Below are positions 60,385 to 64,000 of a DNA stretch of 64,000 bases, piece after piece. Both the position numbers and the translations under genes were made by a program. The notes beneath the pieces were generated by a model. The model ran no database searches and was not told where the DNA came from. It saw only the letters and a list, made by a program, of their open reading frames with translations. The stretch lies in contig JABLTI010000003.1 of the NCBI GenBank assembly GCA_013166835.1, positions 1-64,000 on the forward strand. The letters are read 5' to 3'. This DNA comes from Promethearchaeati archaeon. Lineage in GTDB: Archaea > Asgardarchaeota > Heimdallarchaeia > JABLTI01. The number at the start of each line of letters is the position of its first letter. Position 1 is the stretch's first letter.

Positions 60385-61788
60385 ATGAAAAAAATCCATT
60401 GTGTTTATTGTGGCGAAAGAATTGATTTTGATGCGAAATTCTGTAATAATTGTGGATCTAGTATTCCAGTAAGAGATGCTTCTAAGAAACAACCTCAAAG
60501 AGAAACAAGAGAATCATATGCGTATGTAATTGAAGAATCTAACGAAGAAAAAGTTATCACTAGAAGACCTCGCACAAGAAATCTTAGAAGAGTAATAATT
60601 GGTCTTGTTGTTATTACAGGAGTATTAGCAGTTGTTTTGCCAGCTACTTTAATACCAATCTATAATTCGTATGTCTACCATTATCTCGGAACTACAACAT
60701 ATACTTCAGGTTTAATTATGACAAACAATGCTAGCTTAATTATAGATAACGTATCTGGTGATATTGATATCAGTTATGATTTAACTCAGACTGAAGTCCT
60801 GACAGCTGAGATAAAAGTCTTCGGACGCTCAGAAGCTAATATTAGTGATGCTAAAACTATAACTGAAAATTTCCAAACGGGCCAATGTGAATTCAAATTT
60901 AATTCAGATAATGAAACAAAAATCCCTTGGAAAGAAGATATGTATTATGATTTGGAAATTATAATCAATCCCTGTGTTGCAATGAAGTATAATATTATTG
61001 TATCCTCAGGTAATACTTATTTGGATTTCAGTTCCGCTTCAAGTGCAATAATTGAAGAATTAGAAATTGTAACATTTTCTGGCGATATTAACATTGATCT
61101 AGGTATAGGTAAAACCATTACTAGTCAATCAGTTAACATTGAAGCGAGTTCTGGAAATATTTATTTCTATGCGGGATCTGACTGTGAGATAACTACTCCA
61201 TTATTCAAGATTTTTACCTTCTCTGGAGACATCGATTTATCTTTTGGCAACGGATGTACACTAAATACAAGCACTGTAGATTTAGAAACAAGTTCTGGCA
61301 ACTTAGACGTTGATTTTGGTTCAAATACTCAAATTTATGGAAATAGCTTTGATGTGGAAACTTTCTCTGGAGATATTGTTTTAGAATTTGGTATATCTAT
61401 TAATCTAACACTTGATGAGTTCAATTTCATTGCTAGTTCTGGTAATATTATAATTGATTGTGAGCATGCTATATTCAATAATGATTTCAGCTGGGATATC
61501 AGTGCATTTTCTGGAGATGTCTATATGAACATAGGACCAAACTCAATAGCGGGGATAAATTACACAGCAGATTTCACTATTTTCGTTTCTTCAGGTAATA
61601 TTGATATTGATTGTGCCTGGAGTGAATCAGATGTTGGTTTAAAGGTCGCAGCCCAAGTTTCTTCTGGAGAAATATATCTGCCAAATGATCAAGACAATTA
61701 TGAATCTTCAGGATACAGTTTGAAAGAAATTAAATATAACTTCGATCTGGAAACATTTTCTGGTGATATTAGAGTATCAACAGAATAA
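60385..61788 (+). CDS. Zinc-ribbon, TM and DUF4097-like beta-solenoid membrane protein
   Basis: CVYCG..FCNNCG; one TM; alternating TFSGDI/SSGNI repeats. Confidence 0.8.
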   Translation: MKKIHCVYCGERIDFDAKFCNNCGSSIPVRDASKKQPQRETRESYAYVIEESNEEKVITRRPRTRNLRRVIIGLVVITGVLAVVLPATLIPIYNSYVYHYLGTTTYTSGLIMTNNASLIIDNVSGDIDISYDLTQTEVLTAEIKVFGRSEANISDAKTITENFQTGQCEFKFNSDNETKIPWKEDMYYDLEIIINPCVAMKYNIIVSSGNTYLDFSSASSAIIEELEIVTFSGDINIDLGIGKTITSQSVNIEASSGNIYFYAGSDCEITTPLFKIFTFSGDIDLSFGNGCTLNTSTVDLETSSGNLDVDFGSNTQIYGNSFDVETFSGDIVLEFGISINLTLDEFNFIASSGNIIIDCEHAIFNNDFSWDISAFSGDVYMNIGPNSIAGINYTADFTIFVSSGNIDIDCAWSESDVGLKVAAQVSSGEIYLPNDQDNYESSGYSLKEIKYNFDLETFSGDIRVSTE

Positions 61789-61835
61789 GTATCTGTTTCC
61801 ATTTTCCTTTTCTTTTTTTCATTAGAAAATGTTGA

Positions 61836-62672
61836 TTAGATATTGATTCTTAATCCATCAACAGCTATTTTGAAACCCTTTTCTAGAATCTCTTTTCTTT
61901 CTTTTCCTTTTTCATTAAGAACTAAATTTGTATGATTAAAATGTGTGAAATATATTTCTGTTTTAGTGGGATCCAATAGTTCCATTGTTTCTTTAATTGG
62001 TGGATGTGGAACATCATCTCTCCCTGGTAATTCATCCTTAGAGTAGAATGAACCATCAATTAAAGCAATATCCACGTTTTCTACAAGTTTAATCAAATCA
62101 TCTGTCCAATAATCAAGGTCTGGCAGATAGAGTAATTTCTTGTTACGTTCAATAACATAGCCCACCGTATCAGCGTATTCATCTCTGTGAGGAACTTGGA
62201 AAGAAGTAATCCAAAAATCTTCAATCGGATACTTGTGATTAATCTTCATATCAGACAAAATCAAATTTTTTCTTTGAAGCATATGTGAAAATGGATGATT
62301 ATTCCTTAGAAATACACTCATATTACTTGAACAATAAACTGTAATCTCTTGTATATCGATACATTCTTTTCCGAACATCCAAAGACCAGATACATGACCA
62401 AAATGAGCATGAGTAAGAAAAATACCTGATATCGGTATAGTTTTCTGTGTTTTTACTTTTGGTATTTCTTTTTTTATCAATTCTATTTGGTGCTTAATAT
62501 CTGGAGATACATCAATGAGATAGCAATACTGTTTTTCTTTGTCAAGAAATGCAATAGAAGGACCTAACCGCACGAATTTTGGATCTTTACGTGCACATAA
62601 GCAATTAGGACAATCACAACTAATTTGTGGAACACCTGCATCTTGAGCAGAGCCAAGGATAAGTATTTGCAT
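61836..62672 (-). CDS. PqqB-like metallo-beta-lactamase fold hydrolase
   Basis: GSAQDAGVPQ..C.C..C, LTHAHFGH, VPHRDE, HP, THFNHTN. Confidence 0.85.
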   Translation of the reverse strand: MQILILGSAQDAGVPQISCDCPNCLCARKDPKFVRLGPSIAFLDKEKQYCYLIDVSPDIKHQIELIKKEIPKVKTQKTIPISGIFLTHAHFGHVSGLWMFGKECIDIQEITVYCSSNMSVFLRNNHPFSHMLQRKNLILSDMKINHKYPIEDFWITSFQVPHRDEYADTVGYVIERNKKLLYLPDLDYWTDDLIKLVENVDIALIDGSFYSKDELPGRDDVPHPPIKETMELLDPTKTEIYFTHFNHTNLVLNEKGKERKEILEKGFKIAVDGLRINI

Positions 62673-62772
62673 AATCTAAAATATAGTTGAAATGTTAATA
62701 ATCTTTATTGCTCACAAAAAACAATGCAAATTTTAGAGTAAGAATAAAATCATTAATAGATTGAAATTAATC

Positions 62773-63147
62773 TTACTTTTTCTTTGCCATCTGATTTCGA
62801 ATATCATTAATCCATAAATCCAAATCTTTAACGATCCAAGCTGCAGAATCAGTTTCTCCCATAGGATTGGTAAATATTATTTTCAATAATGGTCTATTCT
62901 TGGTTTTTCTAAGATGCCATTTAGTCTCCTCAAAATCGATAATACTGTGAATTGGAATACGATAAACTCGATTAGGAGTCCACATTTCAAAATATAGCTC
63001 TTTAGAAGTAAGTACCAATACACCATTACCTCTAACTTGTCGTAGTTTTAACGATTCTTGTCCGAAGAAATTTGCTCCTACAAAAGCACGAATTATATCT
63101 TTATCTTCAAATTTTTCCAGGATACTTGTACTTCTTTTAGCAAACAT
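62773..63147 (-). CDS. Small hypothetical protein, possible PH/GRAM-like fold
   Basis: GNGVLVLTSKELYF..., C-terminal W...I helix. Confidence 0.55.
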   Translation of the reverse strand: MFAKRSTSILEKFEDKDIIRAFVGANFFGQESLKLRQVRGNGVLVLTSKELYFEMWTPNRVYRIPIHSIIDFEETKWHLRKTKNRPLLKIIFTNPMGETDSAAWIVKDLDLWINDIRNQMAKKK

Positions 63148-63286
63148 TGTTGATCCTCAAATATTATTCTGTTTTCAAGCGGAAAAATATTGTTACATAT
63201 TTTGTTTTTCTTATTCACAAGCAATTAGAATCTAAATTTTTATATCTATTAAAACAAAGAAGAATAATGTTTGGAGATATTCAATT

Positions 63287-64000
63287 ATGGTTCAATTGAA
63301 CGTTCTCTGGGTTATATTGGCATGTATCAGTTCGTATTTCATCGGTTCTATCCCTTTCTCGGTTTGGTTAGGTAAACTGTTTTATAAGAAAGATTTGAGA
63401 GAATTCCATACTAAGAATCCAGGCGGAATAAATGCCATTGTAACCTATGGAGCAACCCTAGGTTTACCGGTTTTATTTCTAGATTTCTTCAAAGGAACAT
63501 TAACAATTCTATTGTTAGACAAAATTTTTTCTAATGCTCATTTTGAGCCTGCAAGTGGAATTAATCTATGGCATATCTTCGCTTGTGTTTTTGGTTCTCT
63601 TTTCTGTGTTTTAGGTCATCAATATTCACCTTTTCTTAAATTCGGTGGTGGTCAAGGAATAGGTATTTTTGTTGGCGTTCTTTTTTATGTTAACCCTTTA
63701 ATTTTGGTAATTTTCATACTCATGATGATCCCGCTAATGAACATGATAAAACTGGATGTTAGTCATGCAAATATTGTAGATGTTATCTTAGTTGTTCTTA
63801 TGTCTATTTTTTTACCAATAGGTCCACCCTGGAATTCAATTCTAAATGCATGGGTAAAGGGTTCAACTGGATTTGTTCATATGTTACTATTTTTAATTTG
63901 TACTGCTTTAGCAATTGGATTACTACAAAAATTCCTTGTGAAACAAATAAGAGGTAGACGAAAATGGAGCTTTACTTTCAAAAAGGGACCACAAGATAAG
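63287..64000 (+). CDS. plsY: Second PlsY-like acyltransferase (runs off the window; not in the ORF track)
   Basis: Translates MVQLNVLW...GSIPFS...KDLREFHTKNPGGINA...DFFKG...GHQYSPFLKFGGGQG; last codons in frame read KWSFTFKKGPQDK with no stop. Confidence 0.8.
   Translation, partial: MVQLNVLWVILACISSYFIGSIPFSVWLGKLFYKKDLREFHTKNPGGINAIVTYGATLGLPVLFLDFFKGTLTILLLDKIFSNAHFEPASGINLWHIFACVFGSLFCVLGHQYSPFLKFGGGQGIGIFVGVLFYVNPLILVIFILMMIPLMNMIKLDVSHANIVDVILVVLMSIFLPIGPPWNSILNAWVKGSTGFVHMLLFLICTALAIGLLQKFLVKQIRGRRKWSFTFKKGPQDK

Noticed and set aside
60750-61775. Recurring TTCTGGAGA/TTCTGG nucleotide repeats as a CRISPR or tandem repeat
   Set aside because: They are codons of the protein's SGD/SGN beta-solenoid repeats and are not identical spaced repeats
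1-64000. Mobile elements, prophage, tRNA/rRNA, CRISPR arrays
   Set aside because: No transposase, integrase or capsid motifs, no GC-rich structural RNA segments and no spaced direct repeats seen by eye; a covariance-model scan would be needed to exclude small RNAs

Overview
This is an AT-rich, gene-dense window of about 55 CDS that reads as Asgard archaeal chromosome, most likely Heimdallarchaeia. That assignment is inferred from a TPR-longin fusion, membrane-anchored RING-like proteins, choice-of-anchor-S-like and LVIVD surface proteins, and zinc-ribbon membrane proteins. I saw no rRNA, tRNA, CRISPR array or transposase. Main content: amino-acid and peptide fermentation (IorAB, HypD glycyl-radical enzyme plus activase, S9 peptidase, amidinotransferase, saccharopine/lysine dehydrogenase); DNA repair (UvrA, Ogt, YcaQ-like glycosylase, SNF2 plus SWIM); and scattered bacterial-type lipid genes (two divergent PlsY paralogs, DegV/FakB, acyl-ACP thioesterase, a probable PPTase remnant, an EXPERA protein). 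The best candidates for something undescribed are four. (1) An operon of uvrA, an alpha/beta hydrolase and a tandem pseudo-nucleotidyltransferase behind a multi-hairpin leader. (2) An operon of an RlmN-like radical SAM enzyme, an isochorismatase and a CxxC-less TrxB-like flavoprotein behind a riboswitch-like 3-way junction. (3) Two tandem membrane proteins with a one-zinc RING resembling SP-RING/U-box. (4) Catalytically divergent PlsY paralogs. All calls come from reading motifs by eye, without database searches.
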